Source: Myxococcota bacterium (GTDB lineage Bacteria; Myxococcota_A; UBA9160; UBA6930). Taken from it: a stretch of DNA of 64,000 nucleotides. Positions 46,930 to 56,392 of the stretch are shown here, in pieces; within the stretch, counting starts at the first letter, position 1; every line of letters begins with the position of its first letter. The stretch is from the NCBI GenBank assembly GCA_965223415.1, contig OZ245002.1, positions 2,368,001 through 2,432,000 of the forward strand, read 5' to 3'. The position numbers were made by a program, and so were the translations under genes. The notes beneath the pieces were generated by a model. That model saw only the letters and a program-made list of their open reading frames with translations, searched no databases and was not told the DNA's origin.

Positions 46930-47715
46930 CTAACGTCGCCGGTACTTGGGCTCGCGGCCCGCCTCGCGGGCCGCCTTCATCTCGGCGTAGTCGTCCGAGC
47001 CGAAGACCAGGGTCTGGGTGGCCGCCTCGTCGACGATCGACTTCCTCACCTCGTCGTGGGCCAGGAGCCCGAGGTTGCGTCGGAACATCTTCACCGTGAA
47101 GGCGGGAGCCTTGGCGATCTCGTGGGCGACGGCCAGGGCCGCCTCCTCGAGCTCGTCGTCCGGGACGACCCGGGACACCACGCCGTGGCGAAGCGCCTCC
47201 TCCGCGTCCATCACGCGTCCTGTGAGCGCCAGATCGGCGACCAGGCCGTGGCCCGCCATCTGGAAGAGGCGCGCGGTGCCGCCGCTGTCCGGGATCACGC
47301 CGTGCTTCACCTCCGGCAGCATCATGCGCGTGCTCTCGGCGGCGACGCGCATGTCGCAGAGCAGGGCGCGCTCGAAGGAGCCGCCGATCACCCAGCCCTT
47401 CATGGCCACGAGGATGGGGGCGGGCATGCTGAAGAAGAGCTGGGCACCCCGGTGGCCGCGCTCGATGAAGTCCAGGTTGCTGATGTCCTCGGTGCGCACG
47501 CCGATCTCGGCGACGTCGCGGCCGGAGGAGAAGCTCTTGCCGTTGCCCCGCCAGAGGATCGCGCGCACCTCCGGGTGGTCGTCGTGGAGCTCCCGGAGCA
47601 CCTCCCAGAGGCGCGTGTCCATCGCGTCGTTGGCGGCGTTGTGCTTCTCCGGCCGGTTGTTGCTCATCACGGCCACCGGGCCGTCGAACTCGAGGGTGAT
47701 CAGCGCCTCGCTCAT
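46930..47715 (-). CDS. Enoyl-CoA hydratase/isomerase family
   Basis: NRPEKHNA, FSSGRD, GGSFE, PEVKHG. Confidence 0.9.
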   Translation of the reverse strand: MSEALITLEFDGPVAVMSNNRPEKHNAANDAMDTRLWEVLRELHDDHPEVRAILWRGNGKSFSSGRDVAEIGVRTEDISNLDFIERGHRGAQLFFSMPAPILVAMKGWVIGGSFERALLCDMRVAAESTRMMLPEVKHGVIPDSGGTARLFQMAGHGLVADLALTGRVMDAEEALRHGVVSRVVPDDELEEAALAVAHEIAKAPAFTVKMFRRNLGLLAHDEVRKSIVDEAATQTLVFGSDDYAEMKAAREAGREPKYRRR

Positions 47716-47765
47716 CGGGATCTCCTCAGGCGGCGTGGTAGAAAGGGTAGGCCGCAGGGTCGGCC

Positions 47766-47792
47766 CAGAATTGTATATTGTATGCAATTCTG
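47766..47792. promoter_or_regulatory. GntR-type operator (second copy)
   Basis: CAGAATTGTATA-TTG-TATGCAATTCTG; 16/18 match to the reverse complement of 7884-7901. Confidence 0.7.
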
Positions 47793-47837
47793 CGTATGGT
47801 GCGAGACTCGGGGCGACCCGAGCCGCGGGAGGGGTCG

Positions 47838-48800
47838 ATGTTCACGATGCGATTCGACATGCGGGCGCCCGCCTCCGGGGCGCCGATCCAGGACCTGTAC
47901 CAGGCTGCTCTCGAGATGAGCGCCTGGGCGGAGACCCGCGGGTGCCTGATGTCGATCGTGTCCGAGCACCACGGGTCTTCGGACGGCTACCTCTCGGCGC
48001 CCTTCGTGCTCGCCTCCGCCCTCGCCGCGCGGACGAGCACGCTGCCGATCCAGGTGGCCGCCCTGCTGGTGCCGCTCCACGACCCGATCGAGCTGGCCGA
48101 GCAGATGGCTGTGCTCGACGTGCTCTCGGGCGGCCGTGTCTCCTACGTGTGCGCCATCGGCTACCGCGCCGAGGAGTACGCGATGTTCGGCCGCGACATG
48201 AAGCAGCGGGGCAAGCGCATGGACGCCTGCCTCCAGGCGATGCGGAAGGCATGGACCGGCGAATCCTTCACCTACGAGGGGCGCCCGGTCAGCGTGACGC
48301 CGACTCCGCTCACGCCGGGAGGGCCGACGCTCTTCATGGGCGGCTCGTCGCCGGCCGCGATCCGGCGCGCCGCCCGCTTCGGAATGGGGATGCTGGGCCA
48401 GGGCGGGCCGCCGGAGCTGGAGCAGCTCTACCTCGATGCCTGCAAGGAGTACGGCACGACGCCCGGCATGTTCGTCAACCCGCCCCCGGACGCGCCGACC
48501 AGCGTCTTCGTCGCCGAGGACCCGGACCGCGCCTGGGCCGAGATCGGCCCCTACCTGCTGCACGACGCGAACATGTACGCCGAATGGATGGGCGCCGGCT
48601 CGGATCGCGCCAGCGGCTCCGGCGCCCTGACCGTCGATGCTCTGCGCGCAGAGAACGGCAACTACCGGATCCTGACGCCCGAGCAGGCCAAGGGCCTGAT
48701 CGCCGCCGGCGCGCCGCTCCTCCTCCAGCCCCTCGTCGGCGGTCTGCCCCCCGAGCACGGCTGGCGCTGTCTGGAGCTCGTCACGACCAAGGTCCTGTGA
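47838..48800 (+). CDS. LLM-class flavin-dependent oxidoreductase
   Basis: SEHH, LAARTS, LAEQ.A.LD.LSGGR, GYR..EY. Confidence 0.9.
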   Translation: MFTMRFDMRAPASGAPIQDLYQAALEMSAWAETRGCLMSIVSEHHGSSDGYLSAPFVLASALAARTSTLPIQVAALLVPLHDPIELAEQMAVLDVLSGGRVSYVCAIGYRAEEYAMFGRDMKQRGKRMDACLQAMRKAWTGESFTYEGRPVSVTPTPLTPGGPTLFMGGSSPAAIRRAARFGMGMLGQGGPPELEQLYLDACKEYGTTPGMFVNPPPDAPTSVFVAEDPDRAWAEIGPYLLHDANMYAEWMGAGSDRASGSGALTVDALRAENGNYRILTPEQAKGLIAAGAPLLLQPLVGGLPPEHGWRCLELVTTKVL

Positions 48801-48818
48801 ACGAGAGCCTCGCGTTCA
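48798..48818. terminator. Hairpin between convergent genes
   Basis: TGAACG...CGTTCA spanning both stop codons; no U-tract. Confidence 0.3.
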
Positions 48819-49790
48819 GGGCTCGACGACGACCTTGCCGACGACGCGGCGTTCCTGGAGATCTCGGAGAGCCTGGGGCGCCTCCTCCAGGGAATAGCGC
48901 TTCGAGACGTGGGGCTTCAGCTGGCCGGTGACGATCAGCTCGTCGAGGTCGCGCAGGATGGCTTCGCGGGTCTCGGGCTCGCGGCTCACCATCGATCCGA
49001 AGAAGACGCCGACGATCTGGCAGCCCTTGAGCAGCGTCAGGTTGAGCGGGATCTTCGGGATGCCGGCGGTGAAGCCGATCACCAGGAAGCGGCCGTTCCA
49101 GGCGGTGGCGCGGAGGGCGGCCTCGGCGTAGTCGCCGCCGACGGCGTCGTAGACCACGTCCGCGCCAGCACCGCCGGTGAGCTCCTTGGTCCGCTCCTTC
49201 AGGTCCTCGCGGCTGTAGTCGATGGCCTCGTCGGCGCCGCGCTCGCGGCACAGGGCGAGCTTCTCGGCCGACGACGCGGCGGCGATCACGCGCGCACCGG
49301 TGATCTTGCCCAGCTCGACGGCCGCGAGGCCGACGTTGCCGCCGGCGCCGAGCACGAGGAGCGTCTCGCCCTTCTGCAGCTGCCCGCGGTGCGCGAGGGC
49401 GTAGCGCGCCGTGCCGTAGGCGTACATCATGCCGGTCACTTCCGCGAAGCCGATGCCGTCCGGCAACCGGCGCAGCCCCGCCGCCGGGAGCAGCGCCCGC
49501 TCCGCGAACCCGCCGGTGATTCCCAGGCTGCCGACCACCGCGTCACCGACCGCGACACCCTCCACGCCTTCTCCGAGCTCGCGGACCACGCCGGCGACCT
49601 CGCCTCCCGGAACGAACGGCGGCGTGGCCTTGAACTGGTACGCATCCTCGATGACCAGCGCGTCCGGGAAGGTGACGCCGGCGGCGCGCACGTCCACCAC
49701 GACCTGGCCCGGGCCGGCGACGGGATCCGGGATCTCCTCGACGACCAGGCTCTCCGGCGGCCCGAACTGCTTGCAGACGACGGCTCTCAC
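48816..49790 (-). CDS. NADPH:quinone oxidoreductase (MDR) family
   Basis: PFVPGGEVAG, GAGGNVG, DAVGG, GKVVV. Confidence 0.92.
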   Translation of the reverse strand: MRAVVCKQFGPPESLVVEEIPDPVAGPGQVVVDVRAAGVTFPDALVIEDAYQFKATPPFVPGGEVAGVVRELGEGVEGVAVGDAVVGSLGITGGFAERALLPAAGLRRLPDGIGFAEVTGMMYAYGTARYALAHRGQLQKGETLLVLGAGGNVGLAAVELGKITGARVIAAASSAEKLALCRERGADEAIDYSREDLKERTKELTGGAGADVVYDAVGGDYAEAALRATAWNGRFLVIGFTAGIPKIPLNLTLLKGCQIVGVFFGSMVSREPETREAILRDLDELIVTGQLKPHVSKRYSLEEAPQALRDLQERRVVGKVVVEP

Positions 49791-49817
49791 GGCTCTTCCT
49801 CCGATCGGGGCGGGGTG

Positions 49818-51308
49818 CTAGCGCCAACCCCGCGGGTTGCTCTCGACGTCGTCCGCCAGGCGCTGGACGGCGTCGGCGAGGCGCGCCCCTTCCTCCGGGA
49901 AGCGGCGGATCAGGTTGTGGGCCTCCCGGTCTCGGCGCACGTCGCTCAGCATCGGCTTGTCGCGGCCCAGGTCGCCGGTCGAGGCGAGGTATTTGAAGCG
50001 GGCATCCCGCGCCCCGGCGGGCACACCTCCGGTCGTCGGGAAGTAGAAGACGAGGTCGTGGGGGGTGGGCGAGCTGCCCTCGAGGAGGCCGCTCAGGTCG
50101 GCCCCGTCGACCACGCGATCGTCCGGAAGCGGGAGCCCGGCCAGGGCGAGGAGCGTCGGGAAGACGTCGATGTTCATGGCGATGGCGTCGCTCACGCCGC
50201 CGGCCGCGATACGCCCCGGCCAACGGGCGATCATCGGCACCCGCTGTCCGCCTTCGAGCACCTCGCCCTTGCGCCCGCGGAGGAAGCCCGGGCTGCCGTT
50301 GTAGTCCGCCCCGTTGTCACTCGTGATCAGGACGAGCGTCTGCTCGGCGAGGCCGAGCCGGTCGAGGGCGGCCAGGATCCTGCCGGTGCTGCGGTCGAGG
50401 TCCTCCACCACGTCGCCGTAGATGCCGCCTTCGGACGAGCCCGCGTGCTCCGGATCCGCGAAGTGGGGAACGTGGGGGAAGGTGTGGGCGAGGTAGAGGA
50501 AGAAGGGCTCGTCCCGGTGGGCTTCGAGGAAGGTGATCGCCCCCTCGGTGTAGCGGCGGGTGAGCCCCCGCTGGTCGACGCCCTTCATCGGGGCGTCTTC
50601 GTCCTCGTCCCGGAACGCGCCCCAGCCGATCGTCGGCGTCTCGTCGCGCGCCTCGATCTCGCCGTTCCGGTAGAGGTGGAGCGGCTGCATGTCGTTGCTG
50701 TAGCGGACGCCCAGGTACTCCTGGAAGCCGAAGTCGTTCGGCAGGTGGCCGGGCAGGTCGCCCAGGTGCCACTTGCCGATCATGCCGGTCGCGTACCCGG
50801 CGGCGCCCAGCGCCTCCGGGAGCAGGATCTCGTCGGTGGGCAGCTCGTTCCCCAAGCCCGCCATGCGGCGTGCGACGCCCACCGGGCTCCCGTGGGGGAA
50901 GAAGACGTGGTTGTGGGTGCCCGAGCGCACCGGGTAGCGCCCGGTGAGGAGCGCCGCCCGGGAGGGCGTGCAGACCGGCGAAGCGGAGTAGAAGTCCGTC
51001 ATGCGCAGGCCCTCGGCCGCGGCCCCGTCGATGTGAGGCGTGGAGATCAGCTCGCTGCCGTAGCTCGAGAGGTCTCCCCAGCCGAGATCGTCGAAGAAGA
51101 TCACGACGAAGCGGGGCGCGCTCGCTGGGTCCACCGCGCCGATCGAAGCCAGATACGCCGCCTTCTCCGCTGCGTGCTCCGGCTCCGTGGGCTGGTAGAA
51201 GAAGGTCACCTGCGCCCAGCGCAGGCCGAGCACCACGATGGCGAGGCCGAGTCCGAGCAGCAGGATGCTGCCCAGGAACGTCGAGAGCCCCCGGAGTCGT
51301 CTCAGCAA
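49818..51308 (-). CDS. Sulfatase (formylglycine type)
   Basis: DDLGW, CTPSRAALLTGR, GKWHLG, SDNG; TTG start lies in the element arm. Confidence 0.92.
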   Translation of the reverse strand: MLRRLRGLSTFLGSILLLGLGLAIVVLGLRWAQVTFFYQPTEPEHAAEKAAYLASIGAVDPASAPRFVVIFFDDLGWGDLSSYGSELISTPHIDGAAAEGLRMTDFYSASPVCTPSRAALLTGRYPVRSGTHNHVFFPHGSPVGVARRMAGLGNELPTDEILLPEALGAAGYATGMIGKWHLGDLPGHLPNDFGFQEYLGVRYSNDMQPLHLYRNGEIEARDETPTIGWGAFRDEDEDAPMKGVDQRGLTRRYTEGAITFLEAHRDEPFFLYLAHTFPHVPHFADPEHAGSSEGGIYGDVVEDLDRSTGRILAALDRLGLAEQTLVLITSDNGADYNGSPGFLRGRKGEVLEGGQRVPMIARWPGRIAAGGVSDAIAMNIDVFPTLLALAGLPLPDDRVVDGADLSGLLEGSSPTPHDLVFYFPTTGGVPAGARDARFKYLASTGDLGRDKPMLSDVRRDREAHNLIRRFPEEGARLADAVQRLADDVESNPRGWR

Positions 51309-51340
51309 CGCAACAAAGGGAACCGGTCCCTAACGCAACA
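51307..51340 (-). repeat. Arm-core-arm mini element, copy D
   Basis: + strand AACGCAACA-AAGGGAACCGGTCCCT-AACGCAACA, 25-bp period. Confidence 0.85.
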
Positions 51341-52417
51341 CTACTTGAAGTCGATGACGGAGCGGATGACTTCGCCTTCCTGCATGGCGCGGAAGGCGTC
51401 GTTGACCTCGTCGAGCTTGATGCGGCGGCTGACCATGTTCTCGAGGTCGAGCTTGCCGGCCTTCCAGAGGCGCAGGAGCTTCGGCATGAAGGTGCGCACG
51501 TTGGCGCTGCCGTACATGGAGCCGCGCAGGGTCTTGTCGGCGTAGAAGAGCTCGAAGGCGGTGAACTCGATCTTCTGCTCCATGCGCCCGACGCCCACGA
51601 TCACCGCGGTGCCGCCCCGGCGGGCGGCGTCGTAGGTGGCGCGGATCGTGGCCGGGTTGCCGATGCACTCGAGCGCGTAGTCGAAGCCTTCGCCGCCGGT
51701 GATCTCGGTCTTCAGGCCCTCGAAGTCGTCGGGCTTGCATACGTGGGTGGCGCCGAACTGCTTGGCCATGTTGAGCTTCGAGTCGACCAGGTCGACGGCC
51801 AGGATCTCCGCCGCGCCGGCGATGCGCGCGCCCTGGATCGCCGAGATGCCGACGCCCCCGGCGCCGAACACGACGACGGAGCTGCCCGGCGTCACCTGGG
51901 CGGTATTGATCGCCGCGCCCACGCCGGTGGTCACGCCGCAGCCGATCAGGGACACCAGGTCGAGGGGGATGTCTGCGTCCACCTTCACGACGGCGCTCTC
52001 GGGGACGATCATCTCCTCGGCGAAGGTGCCGCAGCCGGTCATGCCCGAGACCGGGTTGCCGTCGATGCGGAAGTGCGGCGTCACCGCCATCACCATCATC
52101 GCGTCGCACAGGTAGGCCTGGCCGCGAAGGCAGTTCTTGCAGGCCCGGCAAGCCGGAGTGAAGGAGACGATCACCGGATCGCCGGCCTTCACCTCGGTGA
52201 CGCCCGCGCCCACTTCCTGGATCACGCCGGCACCCTCGTGGCCGAGCACGCAGGGCGTGCCGACGGGGATCGTGCCGTTCTGCGCCGACACGTCCGAGTG
52301 GCACACGCCGCTCGAGACGATCTTCACGTGCACCTCGCCGGGGCCGAGATCGGCGAGCCCAACGTCGTCGCGGATCTCGAGGGGCTGGTTGAGTTCGGTG
52401 AGGACGGCCGCCTTCAT
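51341..52417 (-). CDS. Zn-dependent alcohol dehydrogenase
   Basis: GVCHSD, GHEGAG, CxxCxxC...C, GCGVTTG. Confidence 0.93.
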   Translation of the reverse strand: MKAAVLTELNQPLEIRDDVGLADLGPGEVHVKIVSSGVCHSDVSAQNGTIPVGTPCVLGHEGAGVIQEVGAGVTEVKAGDPVIVSFTPACRACKNCLRGQAYLCDAMMVMAVTPHFRIDGNPVSGMTGCGTFAEEMIVPESAVVKVDADIPLDLVSLIGCGVTTGVGAAINTAQVTPGSSVVVFGAGGVGISAIQGARIAGAAEILAVDLVDSKLNMAKQFGATHVCKPDDFEGLKTEITGGEGFDYALECIGNPATIRATYDAARRGGTAVIVGVGRMEQKIEFTAFELFYADKTLRGSMYGSANVRTFMPKLLRLWKAGKLDLENMVSRRIKLDEVNDAFRAMQEGEVIRSVIDFK

Positions 52418-52504
52418 GGTTTCCTCCGGCTTTTAGGAAGAGGGGAGAAGAGAACGCCGGATGCTATCGCCGGGTCCAGAGCGCGTCCAGCCGGATCGGT
52501 GCGG

Positions 52505-53512
52505 CTACGCCAGCGCGGGAGCGAGCTTGCGGTCGAGGTGCCCCGCCTCGATCAGCCAGCGCAGGGAGTCTTCGAGGGTCTCGCGGGTGGGGCGCCATTG
52601 GACTCCCAGCTCCGCCAGCTCCGCCGAGCTTTCGATCGGCCGGAAGCGCGTGACGAAGGTCATCGCCTCTCGGGTCATGGGGAAGTCGAAGTCGACGACG
52701 TGCCGGGCGAGGTCGCCCAGTACGCCCAGGCCCCGGAACATCCAGCCGGGGCCCGGAATCCGGCGCACGGGCCGGCCTGTGAGCCCGGTGAGGAGATCGC
52801 CCAGGGCCGGCCAGGTCAGGAAGTGGCCGGCCGCGATCATGCGTCCGCCGCGACCCGTCTCCAGCACGCGAACGAGCCCCTGGGCGAGATCGCGGGCGTC
52901 GACGCAGAGGTAGCCCCCCGAGGTGGAGAGGATGGTGTCGCGCACGAAGGTCACGAGACCGTGGGAGGTCTCCGAGAGACCCGGATCGTCCGGGCCGTGG
53001 ATCGCGCTCGGGTAGATCGTCGCTACCGGCGCACCGCGTTCCTGGAGCGCGCGGACGGCGTGCTCGCACCGGGCCTTCGAACGGCTGTAGGCGTTGCCCG
53101 CATCGACCACGGGCCCGTCCGCGCGGGTCTCGTCGCCCCAGGGGTCGAAGATCGCGCCGAGACTCGAGACGTACACGACGTGGGAGAGGCCGCGCTCCAC
53201 CGCGCCCCCGACGACGAGCTCGGTGCCGCGGGTGTTCGTGGTCATCACCTCGTCGGCGCGCTTCGATTCGATGCTCACGAGGCCGGCGGCGTGCAGCACA
53301 CCGTCGCAGCCCTCGAAGGCCTTGGCCACGGCCTCGCCGTCGGTCATGTCGCCGACCACGAAGTCCGGCACGGGCACCGGCGCGCGCTCGAAGGCGCGCT
53401 TCAGCTTCTCCTCGCTGCGCACCAGACAGCGCGGCGAGTGGCCGGCCCGCGCCAGGGCCACCGTCGCATGGAAGCCCGTCAGACCCGTCGCACCCGTGAC
53501 CAGCACCCGCAT
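52505..53512 (-). CDS. NAD-dependent epimerase/dehydratase
   Basis: TGATGLTG, HAAG, YSRSK. Confidence 0.9.
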   Translation of the reverse strand: MRVLVTGATGLTGFHATVALARAGHSPRCLVRSEEKLKRAFERAPVPVPDFVVGDMTDGEAVAKAFEGCDGVLHAAGLVSIESKRADEVMTTNTRGTELVVGGAVERGLSHVVYVSSLGAIFDPWGDETRADGPVVDAGNAYSRSKARCEHAVRALQERGAPVATIYPSAIHGPDDPGLSETSHGLVTFVRDTILSTSGGYLCVDARDLAQGLVRVLETGRGGRMIAAGHFLTWPALGDLLTGLTGRPVRRIPGPGWMFRGLGVLGDLARHVVDFDFPMTREAMTFVTRFRPIESSAELAELGVQWRPTRETLEDSLRWLIEAGHLDRKLAPALA

Positions 53513-54387
53513 CAATCGAGCTCGAAGGGGCCCTTGCCCATCTGCTCGCGAATCGGGACGAACGCGGGCTGGCGCATCGCGCGCCGCTGCCAGTTGACGC
53601 CGTCCACCACGAGGGTCTCGCCGCTGATGAAGGAGGCGTAGGGTGAAGCGAGGAAGGTGGCGGCCCAGCCGAGCTCCCGCGTGCGGCCGGTGCGCATGGC
53701 CGGGCAGCTCGCCTCTTCGTCCGGAGCGCCGCGGCCCGGCACGTTCTGGATGTCCTCGGTCTCGTCGGCGTGGGGGAAGAGGCCGGGCACCAGGCCGTTC
53801 ACCCGCAGGCCGTAGGGCGCCCACTCGACGGCGAGGGTCTCGGTCATGTTCTTCACGCCCGCCTTCGCCGCCGACGAGTGGGCGAAGCCGGGGCCGCCGG
53901 TCCACGCGTAGGAGGCACCGATGTTGATCACGTTTCCCGGCGTGTCCGCGGCGATGTGACGGCGTCCGAACTCCCGGGACATGTAGAAGGTGCCGTTCAG
54001 CACGATGTCCACCACGGTTCGCCAGCCGTTCGGCGAGAGGTCCTCCGCCGGCACCGGGAAGTTCCCCGCCGCGTTGTTCACCAGCACGTCCGGCAGGCCC
54101 AGCTCCTTCTCCACGGTCTCGAAGGCCTCGGCGACGAGCTCGGGCTGTCGGATGTCGCAGCCCACGCCGACGGCCCGGGCGCCGAGCTCCTGGGCCGCTG
54201 CAACCCCTGCCTTGCGGTGCTCCTCCTGGCGCGAGACGATCGCCAGCCCGGCGCCGAGCCGCGCGAACTCGAGGGCGATTGCGCGCCCGAGGCCCGTGCC
54301 GCCCCCGGTCACCAGGACCGTGCGGCCCTCGAAGGTGCCCGGCGGAAGCGCCGAGGCACCGAGGGGAGGCGGTTCGGGCAGGCCCAT
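53512..54387 (-). CDS. SDR, 2,4-dienoyl-CoA reductase-like
   Basis: TGGGTGLG, NNAAGNF, HSSAAKAG. Confidence 0.9.
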   Translation of the reverse strand: MGLPEPPPLGASALPPGTFEGRTVLVTGGGTGLGRAIALEFARLGAGLAIVSRQEEHRKAGVAAAQELGARAVGVGCDIRQPELVAEAFETVEKELGLPDVLVNNAAGNFPVPAEDLSPNGWRTVVDIVLNGTFYMSREFGRRHIAADTPGNVINIGASYAWTGGPGFAHSSAAKAGVKNMTETLAVEWAPYGLRVNGLVPGLFPHADETEDIQNVPGRGAPDEEASCPAMRTGRTRELGWAATFLASPYASFISGETLVVDGVNWQRRAMRQPAFVPIREQMGKGPFELD

Positions 54388-54462
54388 GGACTCTCCTGTG
54401 AACGGGCCGGCCAGGGTAGCGCGGGAGCGGATCCCCCGTGCCCGCGATAGGTTCCACGATCG

Positions 54463-55278
54463 ATGAGCGAGCGCCGACTCCTTCCGACCTGCACGCCCGA
54501 AGTGCTGTGCCACGTGGAGGATCGGGTCGCGGTGGTCACCCTCAACCGCCCCGAGGCGCGCAACGCGATCACCCTGGACATGAAGCGCGCACTCGTCGAG
54601 CTGATCCAGGTGCTGGGCGAGGCCCCCGACGTGGGCTGCCTGCTCCTGACCGGGGCCGGCGGTGCGTTCTGCGCCGGCGGGGACACGAAGCGGATGGCCG
54701 CGGATGGCAAGCCCGCCTCGCCGGAGGAGCGCAAGCGCCAGCTGCGCTGGGAGCATCAGATCCCCGCTGGCCTCTTCCGCCTCGAGAAGCCGACCGTCGC
54801 GGCGCTGCCCGGCCCGGCGGCCGGCGCGGGCTTCGCCCTGGCCCTGGCCTGCGACCTGCGGGTGATGGCCGCGAGCGCCTTCGTCACCACCGCCTACGTG
54901 AAGCTCGGCCTCTCCGGCGACTACGGGATGAGCTGGTTCCTGACGCGCCTGGTCGGGACGGCCAAGGCCAAGGAGATCCAGTTCACCGGCATGCGGCTCC
55001 CGGCGGAGGAGTGCGAGCGGCTGGGTCTCGCCAACCGCGTCGCGCCGGACGGTCAGTTGATGGACGCGGCGATCGGGCTCGCCCGCGAGATCGCGGGGGG
55101 TCCGCCGATCGCGCTCCGGCTGATGAAGGACAACCTCAACCGGGCGACCCAGGAGACCCTCGAGTCGATCCTGGCGGTCGAGGCGGAGCGCATGGTGCAG
55201 GGCGCCACGACCGACGACTACGTCGAAGCCGTGAACGCCCTGCGGGAGAAGCGCGCGCCCGTCTTCAAGGGGCGTTAG
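54463..55278 (+). CDS. Enoyl-CoA hydratase/isomerase family
   Basis: LNRPEARNA, FCAGGD, AAGAGFALALACD. Confidence 0.92.
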   Translation: MSERRLLPTCTPEVLCHVEDRVAVVTLNRPEARNAITLDMKRALVELIQVLGEAPDVGCLLLTGAGGAFCAGGDTKRMAADGKPASPEERKRQLRWEHQIPAGLFRLEKPTVAALPGPAAGAGFALALACDLRVMAASAFVTTAYVKLGLSGDYGMSWFLTRLVGTAKAKEIQFTGMRLPAEECERLGLANRVAPDGQLMDAAIGLAREIAGGPPIALRLMKDNLNRATQETLESILAVEAERMVQGATTDDYVEAVNALREKRAPVFKGR

Positions 55279-55283
55279 GCGCT

Positions 55284-56168
55284 TCAGTTCGCGCCGGGCA
55301 GCTGGAACAGCACGCCCGACTCGCCGCCCATCAGGGTGCGCGGATAGGCGCCGTCCCAGCGCTCCACCTCGTTGTAGCGGAGCAGCTCCGGGGTGACGGA
55401 GCCCGCGATGCGGGAGTTGCCTTCGGCGCGGGCCTCGGCCTCCGCGCGGATGCGGTAGGCCTCCGCGTCGGCCTCCGTGCGCTTGGCGTTCGCCTCGGCG
55501 ATCGCCGCCTGCTCGCGGGCCTGGGCTTTCTTCACCAGCTGCTGGGCCTGCTGTTCGACGATGCGCAGCTGCGCCTTCTCGCGCTCCAGCTGCTCCTGGC
55601 GCTCCTTGGTCTGGATCACCGCGTCGCGCACGACCGGGGGCAGGGTGATGTCCCGGAACAGCACGGCCTCCACTTTCACGCCCTTGGGCGCGAGGTAGTC
55701 GATGAGCCCCGCCTCCATGTAGCGCTGCAGCTCCTGCTGCACGCTCTCCTGGAAGAAGTCCTGGGACTTCTCGACGCTCTTGCCGGCCTCGCGCAGGAGC
55801 GAACGCACCTTCGGGGTGACGTGCTTGTCCACCACGTCCTCGAGCCGGCCGGTGCTCTGGAGGATGGTCGGCGTCTGGTCGCCGAGGATGCGGAAGGTGA
55901 CGGACACGTCCATGGTCGTCTTGAGCTTGTCCTGGGAGGGGACCTCCACCTGCTTCCAGGTGTGGGTCTGCTCGCGCAGGTCGAAGGGAGTGAAGGCGAG
56001 CAGGGGGTTCACGACGTGCAGGCCCTCGGGGTAGGGCTCTGCCCGCACCTCGCCGAACAGGGTGGCGACGTGGTTGTGGCCCGGCTCGACCGTGGTGACA
56101 CAGCAGCTGAGCACGCCCAGCGCGAACAGGGTGGCCGCGAGGAAGGTGGCGAGCTTGATCTTCATCAT
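55284..56168 (-). CDS. SPFH/prohibitin (band 7) protein
   Basis: EGLHVVNP, SQDKL, RDITLP, Ala/Glu-rich coil, RWDG..P. Confidence 0.9.
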   Translation of the reverse strand: MMKIKLATFLAATLFALGVLSCCVTTVEPGHNHVATLFGEVRAEPYPEGLHVVNPLLAFTPFDLREQTHTWKQVEVPSQDKLKTTMDVSVTFRILGDQTPTILQSTGRLEDVVDKHVTPKVRSLLREAGKSVEKSQDFFQESVQQELQRYMEAGLIDYLAPKGVKVEAVLFRDITLPPVVRDAVIQTKERQEQLEREKAQLRIVEQQAQQLVKKAQAREQAAIAEANAKRTEADAEAYRIRAEAEARAEGNSRIAGSVTPELLRYNEVERWDGAYPRTLMGGESGVLFQLPGAN

Positions 56169-56274
56169 GGGACTTCTCCTTTTCGTGATTGCGTGTCTCG
56201 CGCCGGGCCCGAGGGGGTGGGCGCCGCGAGACAGACATTCGCGAGGAGACGTCCGCGCGGGCGCACGGGAGGAG

Positions 56275-56290
56275 AGCAAGAGGCATGCCG
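56275..56290 (-). promoter_or_regulatory. Sigma54 (-24/-12) promoter
   Basis: Minus strand CGGCAT-GCCTC-TTGCT, about 105 bp upstream of the SPFH start. Confidence 0.6.
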
Positions 56291-56392
56291 AACCGGATTT
56301 CAGGAACTTGCGACGGCTTCTTCGCGCAGGTTCCGCAGCCCGCGGCGGCACTGCCGCCCCGGGCGGCCACCCCTGGGGTAGACTGCGCGCCC

